A stretch of 64,000 nt of DNA from a bacterium (GTDB lineage Bacteria; UBA8248), in the NCBI GenBank assembly GCA_963692865.2, contig OY843592.1, positions 1,408,001-1,472,000 of the forward strand, in the 5' to 3' direction. The notes below the pieces were generated by a model, which was given only the letters and a program-made list of their open reading frames with translations, was not told the DNA's origin and searched no databases. Position 1 is the first letter of the stretch, and each line of letters opens with the position of its first letter. The position numbers were made by a program, and so were the translations under genes. Shown piece by piece: positions 34,462 through 44,062 of the stretch.

Positions 34462-35343
34462 ATGACCACCACCACCCTCTCGGTTCTCTTCTCGCTCTCC
34501 ACGGCGCTCGTGGTCGGCTCCTTCACCCTGTTCGTGAGAAGCGGACAACAGTATGCGAACGCGGTATCGGGCGTTCTCATCGGGATCATCGTCTCCCTGC
34601 CGCCGCTGCTCCTGGGAGCGATATGGACGTGGGAACCTGCCCATTATCAGCCCTTGGGTTGGCTGTTCTTCGCTCTGGCGGGCGTCATGGGACCCGCCGT
34701 GGGGAGGGTGTGTTTTTTCCATTCGATTCATCTGATGGGCGTGGCGCGCGCCGTGCCGCTCAACTCGACCATGCCGCTTTTCTCGGCGATAATCGGCATC
34801 CTCATCCTGGGCGAAAGGCCGGGGCCGTACATTCTGGCGGGCACGGTGCTCATCGTGCTTGGGTGTATGGGGATTACCGCGAAAAGAGGGGAGTCCCAGT
34901 CCATTCGGGGCAGTCATTTGCTCGTAGCGCTCGGGAGCGTGGTGTTTTTCTCCATTTCGCACATGCTGCGAAAACTCGGCATTGGCGCATCACCCAACCC
35001 GTATTTGGGAATATCGGTCATGAGCGTTGCAGGCGGGGCGTTTCTCTATGTTTTCGGGCAGTATCTGCCGCAAGGCTTGAGACCCTCTCTGATGGTGAAG
35101 AAAGCGTGGGTGGCCTACAGCATCGGAGGGGCTCTGAACGCACTTTCGGTTCTCCTGCATCTATACGGCCTCCGCTACGGCGACCTCACCATCGTGATTC
35201 CGCTCGCCGCCACTGCGCCCTTGTGGGCGTTGTTGCTCACGGCCATGTTCCTGCGCAAGGTCGAACGCATCACCTGGCCGATTCTCCTGGGCACTGTGGC
35301 GGTCGTCGTGGGGGGCGCGCTGGTGGCCGGCCGCGCACTCTGA
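34462..35343 (+). CDS. EamA/DMT family transporter
   Basis: About 10 TM segments, duplicated EamA pattern, LGERPG. Confidence 0.88.
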   Translation: MTTTTLSVLFSLSTALVVGSFTLFVRSGQQYANAVSGVLIGIIVSLPPLLLGAIWTWEPAHYQPLGWLFFALAGVMGPAVGRVCFFHSIHLMGVARAVPLNSTMPLFSAIIGILILGERPGPYILAGTVLIVLGCMGITAKRGESQSIRGSHLLVALGSVVFFSISHMLRKLGIGASPNPYLGISVMSVAGGAFLYVFGQYLPQGLRPSLMVKKAWVAYSIGGALNALSVLLHLYGLRYGDLTIVIPLAATAPLWALLLTAMFLRKVERITWPILLGTVAVVVGGALVAGRAL

Positions 35344-35476
35344 CGAGGCGGAGTTCCGTCGGTTCTGCTATAGTGGAGCCGCTTGCAGGTTTGCCTGATG
35401 CGCCGCCTATCCAACATTTCCCACGGCAGGCCAAGAGGATTCATCCTTGCCAAGATTGCCTCGGGGAGGAGTGGGT

Positions 35477-35917
35477 ATGAAATTCATTTGCAGGTTTTTT
35501 TGTGTTTTGATGCTGGTCGCACTTTTTCAGACAATCCCCGCCCAAAGCGCGGATAAGGAGCACGACCGTCAGGGAGAGAAACCGGCGATGAAGGAATCCC
35601 CCGTGAAAGGCGAGGCGACGGGCGGCATTGCGCTCAAAATCGCCGACGGGGAAATCCAGGGCGGCAAGAAAGTGGTGCGCGTGAAGCAAGGCGATGAAGT
35701 CAGACTCAACCTCCTGGCCGACCGAAAAACCGAAGTCCACCTCCATGGTTACGACATCGAAAAAACCGTCTCCCCGGGCAAGGTGGCCGTGATGGCGTTT
35801 CGCGCCAAAGTGGCGGGCCGGTTTCCCGTGACCGAGCACGGCTCTCACTCCCACGGGAAGAAAAAAAGCGGCGGCCACGGCGAGAAAGTGTTGTTCTACC
35901 TGGAGGTGCATCCGTGA
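35477..35917 (+). CDS. Secreted cupredoxin-fold, His-rich protein
   Basis: Signal peptide; VKQGDEV; EVHLHGYD; GRFPVTEHGSHSH. Confidence 0.75.
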   Translation: MKFICRFFCVLMLVALFQTIPAQSADKEHDRQGEKPAMKESPVKGEATGGIALKIADGEIQGGKKVVRVKQGDEVRLNLLADRKTEVHLHGYDIEKTVSPGKVAVMAFRAKVAGRFPVTEHGSHSHGKKKSGGHGEKVLFYLEVHP

Positions 35918-35930
35918 AGAGGACAATTTC

Positions 35931-37382
35931 ATGATCCTCGGCGCCCGAGGGTTCAGTCTCGTTGCCTTCATCTTGATTTTCCCCGCTTCCGCATCGGCGC
36001 ATGGATTCGGCCAGAGGTACGATCTGCCGGTGCCGCTGGGTTTGTTCATGCTCGGGGCGGGAGCATCCGTGGTGCTTTCTTTCTTGGGCATGGGGCTTTT
36101 CGTGCGCAAGAAACAAGAGAGCGTGGATTATCCGAGCCATAACCTTCTCGCATCTCCCGTCTTCTCGTGGATGGGCGGGTCGGTTTTCCTCTCTCTTATC
36201 AGAGCGCTTTCCGTCGTTTTGTTCTGCGTGACGCTGGCGGCGGGTTTCTGGGGGACGGAGAACCCGGATAAGAACTTCACGCCGACCATGGTCTGGATCA
36301 TCTGGTGGGTGGGTCTGGCCTATGTCTGCGCGCTGGCGGGTAACCTGTGGTCGCTGGTGAATCCGTGGAGCATCATCTTTTCCTGGGCGGAGGCGCTTTA
36401 TTCGAAAATCAAGCCCGGCGGTTCTTTATCGCCCGCCCAGCCGTTCACGGAAAGCCCGGGCGTTTGGCCTGCCGTGGGTTTGTTCCTGTGGTTCGCGTGG
36501 GCGGAGATCGTCTGGCCGAACAACGACCTGCCCCACAATCTCGCGCTCGCCGCCACCGGGTATTCCATCATCACCTGGGCGGGCATGTTCCTGTACGGCA
36601 AAGCAGCGTGGCTAGAGCGCGGGGAGGCGTTTTCCATCATATTCGGCGTGATGGGCCGATTCTCGACCACCGAGGCGCGCGTGGACGGGGAGGGGAGAAT
36701 GGAGTGGCGGCTGAGGCCGCCGGCTGTGGGTCTTTTGAGCACGAACGGCATGAGCAACTCCATGGTGGTGTTGGTGGTGTTGATGCTGGCGACGGTGAGT
36801 TTCGACGGCTTTACCGAAACGCCGCTTTGGCACTCGCTTCGCGCGGGGATATACGAAGCGGTTATCTGGGTGGGGCGCGACGCCCTGCTCGTGGCGGATA
36901 CCATCGCGCTGGTCGCGGCTCCGGCGCTCTTCCTGGGCGTGTATTACCTTTTCTGCATGCTGATGCGCGCCATGAGCGGGAGCGCGCTCACAACGGGGGA
37001 ATTCGCGCGCCTGTTCGTTCTCTCACTGGTTCCCATCGCCATTGGATACCACGTTGCGCATTATTTCTCCTTTCTCTTCATCCAGGGGCAGCGCATCATC
37101 CCTTTGCTCTCGGACCCCTTCGGAATGGGGTGGAACCTGTGGGGAACCGCCGGCTACAAGGTCGACATCGGAATTATCGGCGCCAAGACGACCTGGTACG
37201 CTTCGATCGCGGCGATAGTTATCGGCCATATCTGCGCAGTCTACCTGGCGCACGTGACGGCGCTGCGCGCGCTGGAGAACCGCTTCGCCGCCGTACGCAG
37301 CCAATACCCGATGCTCCTGCTCATGGTGGGCTACACCATGGTGAGCTTGTGGATCATCGCCCAGCCGATTACCGATGGCTGA
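35931..37382 (+). CDS. Conserved polytopic membrane protein (family often loosely labelled fenitrothion hydrolase)
   Basis: AHGFGQRYDLPVP; FDG; LVPIAIGYHVAHY; SDPFG; SQYPM. Confidence 0.75.
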   Translation: MILGARGFSLVAFILIFPASASAHGFGQRYDLPVPLGLFMLGAGASVVLSFLGMGLFVRKKQESVDYPSHNLLASPVFSWMGGSVFLSLIRALSVVLFCVTLAAGFWGTENPDKNFTPTMVWIIWWVGLAYVCALAGNLWSLVNPWSIIFSWAEALYSKIKPGGSLSPAQPFTESPGVWPAVGLFLWFAWAEIVWPNNDLPHNLALAATGYSIITWAGMFLYGKAAWLERGEAFSIIFGVMGRFSTTEARVDGEGRMEWRLRPPAVGLLSTNGMSNSMVVLVVLMLATVSFDGFTETPLWHSLRAGIYEAVIWVGRDALLVADTIALVAAPALFLGVYYLFCMLMRAMSGSALTTGEFARLFVLSLVPIAIGYHVAHYFSFLFIQGQRIIPLLSDPFGMGWNLWGTAGYKVDIGIIGAKTTWYASIAAIVIGHICAVYLAHVTALRALENRFAAVRSQYPMLLLMVGYTMVSLWIIAQPITDG

Positions 37383-37546
37383 GGGTTTGGGAGAGATGGA
37401 CCGGAAGCCGCTTCATTGTCCATGAAGTTGAGATTCATCCCGCATCTTCGAGTGCCCGTCTCGACATAGCCGAATGTCCGCTCCTCTGATAAGAGATAGT
37501 GCTTGTTTTTTGAGGTTTTGTTTGTGTTTCGGCCGGGAGAGGCTCC

Positions 37547-38428
37547 ATGAACGATACGCTGCTGGCGGCGGGGTTCGCCCTGGGCACCGCGTCGATGTCC
37601 TCGGCCTTCAGCCTCATCGCCAGACGCGGGCAGCGGCACGGTTCGGCCATAACAGGCGTCGTCATTGGTTTGATCGTGAACGTCCCCTGGCTGGTGGCGC
37701 TCACGATCCTCACCTGGGAGCCCGCCTTTTGGAGTAAGGAGGCATGGTTCTGGTTCTTTTTGTCAGGTGTCACGGGGCCTTCGCTTGGCCGCGTATTCAT
37801 GTTCCAGGCCATACACCGCCTGGGCGTATCGCGCGCGGTTCCTCTCCTGGCCGCGAATCCGCTCTTTTCCGCCGCTTTCGCCTATATTTTTCTGGGAGAG
37901 AGGCCGGGGCCTTACGTCTGGGGGGGAATACTGCTCGTCGTTTTCGGCTGTGTGGGGATCACCTATCAGCGCAAGAGCGACGCTCCCTGGGACAGGCGCG
38001 CCATCTGGCTGCCATTGATGGCGGTGTTGGGATTTTCCACGTCGAACATTTTCAGAAAAATCGGCATCGAGGTCGTACCCTCGGCGCTGCTGGGCATCAC
38101 GCTCACCAGTTTTTTCGGTTTCCTGGCGCTGATCGCATTCGCATGGTTCCTGCCCAAACCCCAGCGCCCCTCACTCAAATGGGGAAAGGCCTGGCACTTC
38201 TATGGCCCCTGCGGACTCATCAATACCCTGGCGTTTCTGAGCCATTTCGCCGCTTTGAAGTATGGAGACATTTCGGTCGTATCGCCGCTCTCATCCACCG
38301 CGCCGCTGTTCGCGCTCCTGTATACCTGGATATTCCTGCGCGATATGGAGCGAATCACGCTCCCCATCTTGTTTGGGACGGTCTGCGTCGTCGCGGGAGG
38401 AGTGATCATCGCCTTGAAAGCGATGTAG
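37547..38428 (+). CDS. EamA/DMT family transporter
   Basis: About 10 TM segments; clear paralogue of 34462..35343. Confidence 0.88.
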   Translation: MNDTLLAAGFALGTASMSSAFSLIARRGQRHGSAITGVVIGLIVNVPWLVALTILTWEPAFWSKEAWFWFFLSGVTGPSLGRVFMFQAIHRLGVSRAVPLLAANPLFSAAFAYIFLGERPGPYVWGGILLVVFGCVGITYQRKSDAPWDRRAIWLPLMAVLGFSTSNIFRKIGIEVVPSALLGITLTSFFGFLALIAFAWFLPKPQRPSLKWGKAWHFYGPCGLINTLAFLSHFAALKYGDISVVSPLSSTAPLFALLYTWIFLRDMERITLPILFGTVCVVAGGVIIALKAM

Positions 38429-38449
38429 CGAGTCGCTTTCGGGCGTGAC

Positions 38450-38995
38450 TCAGCCTGTCAGCAGCGTCCTGATCGTGGGAGCAATTTCTCTCGCGCGGCC
38501 CCGGAGTTGCTCATCCGTGAGGCTGCCGACCGGATGGGGGATATAGGCCACCGGATAATCCGGCATGCCGCGCACCTTGGAGACCATCTCGACCGTGGGC
38601 CGGAACGGCTCGGTGCAGATGACGGCCGTGGGAACGCCTTTTTTCTCAAGCTCGATTCCGTCGTGCACACTGCACGAAGAGCAGGAGCCTCAGTCGCCCA
38701 CCGCGGTGATGGCGAGGTCGCATTTCTCGGCCATCTCCGCGTAAACCTCCGGCTTGGCCGGGCGGGTGTCGTATTCTTTGGATAGCTCAACGGCGAGGTC
38801 AGAATCCGCGCCGTCCGCCCGCAACTCATCCAGTATGTAGCGCATGAGCTTGTCCGCGCCCACCTTGGAGTTCCAGAGCAGGCCGATGCGTTTTCCTGCA
38901 AGCGCGCCGTCGCGGCTTGTGCGGTCTTCGGTTTCGATCTCCGGCTCCACGGTCGGGTCGTAAATCGGTATTGCGGTTTCTACGATGGGGTTCAT
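38450..38995 (-). CDS. UGSC-family selenoprotein (181 aa, Sec at TGA 38692-38690)
   Basis: Two ORF-track pieces are in frame across the TGA: AVGD-U-GSCSSCSVHD; SECIS-like hairpin follows. Confidence 0.88.
38650..38689 (-). promoter_or_regulatory. Bacterial SECIS-like hairpin
   Basis: UCGUGCA-GUG-UGCACGA stem starting 12 nt after the UGA, G-containing apical loop, extendable by GCUC/GAGC. Confidence 0.7.
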
Positions 38996-39083
38996 CGAAA
39001 ACCTCCTTCTGCGTATGAATCAACGCGCGGACAATTTCTCGCCTCGTATCCTGTAAGTCAATCCAATCTCTCACGTTTCTTTT

Positions 39084-40124
39084 TCAAACGCGAGATTCCC
39101 GCCGCTCGGCCGCGCTCGGCGCCGGGCGGGTGACGGCCTCGCCGTTTCGCCTCCTGCTCCAGGAGGGAACCCAGGAGGAGTGTCCGCCGGCCTCGCCTCC
39201 TGCGACGACGATGTATATGTCTTCGGGCTTGAGCGCGTGGCGCACGTTGCCGTTCTCATCGGCGTCGATGGGCTTGTCGAGCTTGCCTGTGCGAAGAAGC
39301 CGGCTCAGGGGAAGCGTCGCGTTTTCAAAGAGATACTCCTGTAATTCTCTTTTCGTGGGGAATTCTTCGCCCAGAAGATGCGCGTGCTCGGGCGCGAAGA
39401 CGAAAAAGGATTGCCCCTCGCTCATGCTGCCCAGACCCGTCATGGTGGCGGCGGCGGTTTCGGCGATTCCCCTCCCCTTTCCGTAATGGTTCTGTATGTT
39501 GTGCGGACCCTCGGCGGCGAGAAGCGTCACCGTGCTCGTCCCGGCGGGATACCCGAGTTCGACGTTCAAGGGCTCCCAGGGACTCGTTTCCTCCCACTCG
39601 GCGAAGGTGAAGCTGTATTTGCCCGGATTCCCCTGGGTGGAGCGGTCCAGAAGGCCCGGTTTCGAGCCCAGGCAGTTGATGATGACGAGCCTGAGCGCGC
39701 GGCCTATCGTCGCGCCGGCGCGGTTGCCCGGCCCGTAGATGTTCCCCTGCATGTTGAGGCCTGTCTCGTGGCGGATCGGGCCGTTCACGACCATGAAGGG
39801 CGCCGCCCCGCCCGTGCTCGTGGCGCTCGAGTGGAGGTTGTAGGCCGGATCGGCCATGGCTTCGAGCGCGGCGAGGATGACGGGCATGTAGGAGGGCGAA
39901 CACCCCGCCATGATGGCGTTCAGGGCCACTTTCCCGGCCCGGACGGTTCGTTTCCGCTCCGCCAGGTGAAAGACGACGTCGTCCGCCTCCAGACCCGACG
40001 CCTCCAGAAAGCGATCCAGGAGTTCCGGCGTCGGGGGAACCACGGGCAGGCCGTCCGTCCAGCCTTTTTCGTGGTACGCCTCCATCGCCTCATAGACGTC
40101 CGACGCTTCGCTTACCGCTTCCAT
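39084..40124 (-). CDS. Conserved uncharacterised protein (TDGLPVVPPT family), partner of UGSC proteins
   Basis: GWTDGLPVVPPT; NAIMAGC; STGG; IGRALRL; QGNPGKY. Confidence 0.8.
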   Translation of the reverse strand: MEAVSEASDVYEAMEAYHEKGWTDGLPVVPPTPELLDRFLEASGLEADDVVFHLAERKRTVRAGKVALNAIMAGCSPSYMPVILAALEAMADPAYNLHSSATSTGGAAPFMVVNGPIRHETGLNMQGNIYGPGNRAGATIGRALRLVIINCLGSKPGLLDRSTQGNPGKYSFTFAEWEETSPWEPLNVELGYPAGTSTVTLLAAEGPHNIQNHYGKGRGIAETAAATMTGLGSMSEGQSFFVFAPEHAHLLGEEFPTKRELQEYLFENATLPLSRLLRTGKLDKPIDADENGNVRHALKPEDIYIVVAGGEAGGHSSWVPSWSRRRNGEAVTRPAPSAAERRESRV

Positions 40125-40322
40125 GGGGTCTCCTGTGTCAGAGTGGCTCTTCCCAGATTGGGCCGCAGAATATCGCAGATGGGCCGTTTTGAAAATGAGG
40201 CTTTACGCCCGGGGCGCCGGGTTTCATAAACGCCCGGCGGTTGGTGTATCATCCCTGCGAGGTCTGGTGTTCAGCCGCCTCCCCCAGGGGCGGCGCATCC
40301 GAAAGAAGAGGGATCATTCCGC

Positions 40323-40925
40323 ATGGATTTCGAGTTGATTCGCGCCGTAAACGATTGTTTTCATCCGTTTTACGCTTACGCGGCGGCGGAGATTCACGCC
40401 GAGTACGGGCGCGACGCCGGCGACGTCCTGGAGATAGGCCCCTACGGCCCCGGCGTGGCGCTCGCCCTGGCGGAGCGCTGCCCCGGGATGCGCCTCACGT
40501 GCGGGGACGATTCCGAGCGCATGAACGACTACCTCGCCGGGACGATTGCGGAGGCGGGCATGTCCGCGCGCGTCCGCGTGGAACCCATTGATAAATATAG
40601 CCTTCCCTTCGAGGCGGCCTCGTTCGACCTCGTCGTCTTCCGGGGCGGGCTTTTCTTCTGGGAGGAGCAGGAGAGAATCGTCGCCGAGATGAACCGCGTC
40701 CTGAAGCCCGGCGGGACGGGCGCGCACGGCGGCGGATTCGGGGCGGGGGCGCCGGACGCGCTCATCGAATCCCTTCTGCCCGAGGCGCGCGCGTTGAACG
40801 ACCGCCTCGGCAAGAAGCGTCTCTCCCGCGCCGATGTCCGCCAAATCGCTGAAAATGCAGGGCTTGCGCCTTTCCGCATCGCGTCCGAGCACGGCCTCTG
40901 GCTCTTTTGGGAGAAGGCGGGCTAG
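40323..40925 (+). CDS. Class I SAM-dependent methyltransferase
   Basis: VLEIGPYGPG; LPFEAASFDLV; RVLKPGG. Confidence 0.85.
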   Translation: MDFELIRAVNDCFHPFYAYAAAEIHAEYGRDAGDVLEIGPYGPGVALALAERCPGMRLTCGDDSERMNDYLAGTIAEAGMSARVRVEPIDKYSLPFEAASFDLVVFRGGLFFWEEQERIVAEMNRVLKPGGTGAHGGGFGAGAPDALIESLLPEARALNDRLGKKRLSRADVRQIAENAGLAPFRIASEHGLWLFWEKAG

Positions 40926-41418
40926 GCGTTTCCGCGCATTCCGCCCCCGCAATTCCCCGCATTTGCCGTTGTCCTGACGGTCGCGGGTCATGGCAGAATT
41001 CCCCTGCGCCGCGACCCGTCGGCGTCAAAGCCTGAGAAAATAAATTGTCGGAAATTTATCGAAAAACATCGTGAATTTATACAATTTTATACAATTTTTC
41101 AGGAATTCTTTATCTTTGCGCGAAGCGGTCGGCTCCGCATGATACCCGCGCTCTCCTATCCTCCCGCCACCCCAAACGTGGGGTCAATCCCGACTGGTGA
41201 GGGGTTGTTGAAACGGTCCCGATTTCGTGATTGGGCGAATGGAGCCGGCCGGGGAGGGGCGGCGGGGACGGGCCCCCGTGCCCGTCCGGGGTCGCTACTC
41301 CGGATACTCCCGGACGCTTCGTCTTCCGCGGCCGGAATTGCGGGAAAATGCGTGGCCGGCCCCTGCGGAGAAGGCGGTCAAACCCGAAGCGCGATGCGGT
41401 GGAGCCGCGCGCCGCGCT

Positions 41419-42219
41419 TCAGGAGGCGTTCGCCCCGGACTCTCCGGGGCCGCGTTTGAGGACGCCGGCGGCGTCGAAGCCGCCGTCCACCGGCAGCGTC
41501 ACGCCGTTGATGTAGCCCGATTCGGGCAGCGCCAGGTAGAGGGCCGCGGCCGCCACCTCCTCCGGCGCCCCGTAGCGGTTCATCGGAACGCTCCGGAGAT
41601 AGGCCCGGCGGGTCTCCTCGTCGTGCATCTGCTTCACCAGCGCGGTTTCGACGGGTCCCGGCGCCAGGGTGTTGACCGTCACGCCGAACCGCGCCCACTC
41701 CGCCGCCATCACCCGCGTCAACGCCGCGACGCCGCCCTTGGACGCGCCGTAGGCCGCGCGCCCCGTCCCGCCCCGCAGCCCCGCCACCGAGGACATCGAC
41801 ACGATCCGCCCGTATCCGGCCTCGACCATCACGGCGCCGGCGGCCTGCATCATCAGGAAACTTCCCGTGAGGTTGACGGCGATGATGCGGTTCCAGTCCG
41901 CAAGCGTCGTCTCCAGGGCCAGTATCTCCCTGCCGACGCCCGCGAAATGCATGAGGATTTCCAGCGAGCCGAAACGCTCGGTAACCGCCTTGATGAGCGC
42001 CTCGACGTCCCGGGACTCGGCCACGTCGGTCCTCGCGAAGGCCGCCTCGGCGCCTCGTTCTTTCAGCGCCTCCGCCGCCTGAGCGCCCGCCTCCTCGTTC
42101 AGGTCGGCGATGACGACGTTCGCGCCCGCGTCCGCCAGCGTTCGCGCCGTGGCGAGCCCGATGCCGCTCGCGCCGCCGGTGACGATAGCCGTGTGTCCTT
42201 CCAGCTTGAACGTGCCCAT
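41419..42219 (-). CDS. SDR family oxidoreductase
   Basis: TGGASGIG; YGASK; VNTLAPG; VDGG. Confidence 0.92.
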   Translation of the reverse strand: MGTFKLEGHTAIVTGGASGIGLATARTLADAGANVVIADLNEEAGAQAAEALKERGAEAAFARTDVAESRDVEALIKAVTERFGSLEILMHFAGVGREILALETTLADWNRIIAVNLTGSFLMMQAAGAVMVEAGYGRIVSMSSVAGLRGGTGRAAYGASKGGVAALTRVMAAEWARFGVTVNTLAPGPVETALVKQMHDEETRRAYLRSVPMNRYGAPEEVAAAALYLALPESGYINGVTLPVDGGFDAAGVLKRGPGESGANAS

Positions 42220-42326
42220 CGCGTGATGACTCCGGGTTCGCGGCCCCCTTCGGCGAATGCGCGCGGGAGGAGGCGGCCTTCTCCGGGCGGGGGCAGGTCG
42301 CGTCGGGTGAAGATGGGGCTTTCGCC

Positions 42327-42890
42327 TCAATCCGCCCCGCCCGCCAGACTCCTCTTCGTGAACACCGCGTCCAGCTCGTAGCCGCGCGCGGCGAGGTTCT
42401 CGCGTCCGCCTTCCTCGCGGTCCACGAGGCAGATGACGTGCGCGACTTCGAGGCCGAAGGCCAGGGCCGCGTCGATGGCCGTGAAGGTCGAGGCCGCGGT
42501 GGTCACCACGTCCTCGACGATGGCGGCCCTCATGCCGGGCTTGAGGTTCCCCGCCCCCTCGATGCGGTTCTGCATCCCGTGGCCCTTCTCGGCCTTTCGG
42601 ATGATGAAGGCGGGCACGTCCAGGCCTTCGAGGGCGGCGGTCATCGAGACGGCCGTCACCATCGGGTCCGCCCCCAGCGTGGGGCCGCCCACGGCCTGGG
42701 CGCTCCCCCTGATGCGCTCGTAGATCACCCGGCCCACGAGCCGCGCCCCCTCGCCGTGCAGCGTCACCTGGCGGCAGTCGACGTAGAAATCGCTCACCCG
42801 GCCCGAGGCGAGCGTCACCCGTTTTTTCTCGTACGCTTTTTCCAGCAGAAGCCCCCGGAGGGCTTCGAGGTCCGCATCAGGGTTCGTCAT
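42327..42890 (-). CDS. pyrE: Orotate phosphoribosyltransferase
   Basis: TLASG; FYVD; RKAEKGHG; VEDVVTT; VDREEG. Confidence 0.95.
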   Translation of the reverse strand: MTNPDADLEALRGLLLEKAYEKKRVTLASGRVSDFYVDCRQVTLHGEGARLVGRVIYERIRGSAQAVGGPTLGADPMVTAVSMTAALEGLDVPAFIIRKAEKGHGMQNRIEGAGNLKPGMRAAIVEDVVTTAASTFTAIDAALAFGLEVAHVICLVDREEGGRENLAARGYELDAVFTKRSLAGGAD

Positions 42891-42900
42891 GGCGTCGTCT

Positions 42901-43254
42901 CTATGAATCGGTGGATGATCCGGGCGCGCCTCCGGCGGTTCCGAGTTCCCGGCAGATGTGGAGCGCCGCCTCCGCGAAGGCCTCGGGCACCATCAAGTGC
43001 ACGGCGCCCAGGTTCGTGCGGCTGAAGGCGTAGACCGAGCCCGCCGAGTCGTAACTCAGGTGCACGGGGATGCGCTCGGCCTCGAGCCTGGATTTCAGGA
43101 TCAACGCCTCCATCTGCCCGCCGACGGTGGCGATGCGCCTGAGGTCGGATGACCCCTTCACGCCTTCCGGCGTCCTGTCGCCCCACACGTTCTCGCTCCT
43201 CACCGGGAATCGGAAACCACCGCCCATGATCGAAGAAATCCGGCCGGGGCGCAA
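42901..43254 (-). CDS. DUF2007-like small protein
   Basis: EALILKSRLEAERIP...VHLMVPE pattern; start uncertain. Confidence 0.65.
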   Translation of the reverse strand: MRPGRISSIMGGGFRFPVRSENVWGDRTPEGVKGSSDLRRIATVGGQMEALILKSRLEAERIPVHLSYDSAGSVYAFSRTNLGAVHLMVPEAFAEAALHICRELGTAGGAPGSSTDS

Positions 43255-43281
43255 GGGCGGGATGGGGCGCAGGATGATTTT

Positions 43282-44025
43282 GTAGGGGCCGCATACATGC
43301 GGCCCTGCCTTTTCGCCTTCACAATGCGGGTCGCATGTATGCGGCCCCTACACGTCCCCTCGTGGGGCGACCGTAGGGACAGGCCTCCGCGCCTGTTCTC
43401 ACGAGGGACGGCCACGGAGGGCCGGACAACCCCTCCCCGGGGTTGTCCGGCTGCAAAACCATCGCGCCCGCCCACGCTACGTGAACCTGCATGCCGCCGC
43501 TCGCGAAACAGGGTTTTTCAACAACCCCGCCACGGTCGAATTTTCCCTCTTCGGGGGTGTTGAAAAAGTCCCTAAATGGAAAGTGTTCACCGTCATTCCG
43601 GCGAAAGCCGGAATCCATTTTACGCCTTTCGTCTTTCGTCGGGGTTCCCGCGCTTCGGCGGGGAATGAAAAGCCGCCGCGTATTCACCCGCACCCGCAAA
43701 TGAATTCCGGCATGCGCCGGAATGACGGCTGCGGGATTCCGATTTGCCGAAGGGTGTGTAGGTCGGACATATATGTCTGACCTACAAACCCCTCTGCTTT
43801 TCTCCTGCACGGCTTTTTCAGCAGCCCCGTATGCGGCGCCTGCGCCCCCTCGCATCCGTGGAGCCGGATCACGCCGCCGTCATTCCGGGGCAGGTGAAAC
43901 GCGGAAAACAACGGGGAAGGGCGGCCACGGGGATCGCTCCGGCTACGAACGCCTCGCGTATCGGAATGATCCCGTAGTGGGCCGCTCTTTAGCGGCCCAA
44001 GTTCGCGAACCGCCCCTACGGACAT
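43282..44025. repeat. Mosaic repeat cluster 1: GTAG REP doublet (43282-43351), CGTC REP doublet (43591-43727), IS-like ends (43514-43528, 43554-43567, 43814-43828)
   Basis: GTAGGGGCCGCATACATGCGGCCC; CGTCATTCCGGC...GCCGGAATGACG; GGGGTGTTGAAAAA and TTTTTCAGCAGCCCC. Confidence 0.9.
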
Positions 44026-44062
44026 ATCGCGTATCGAAACGCACCGCAGGCGCCCACCGGCC

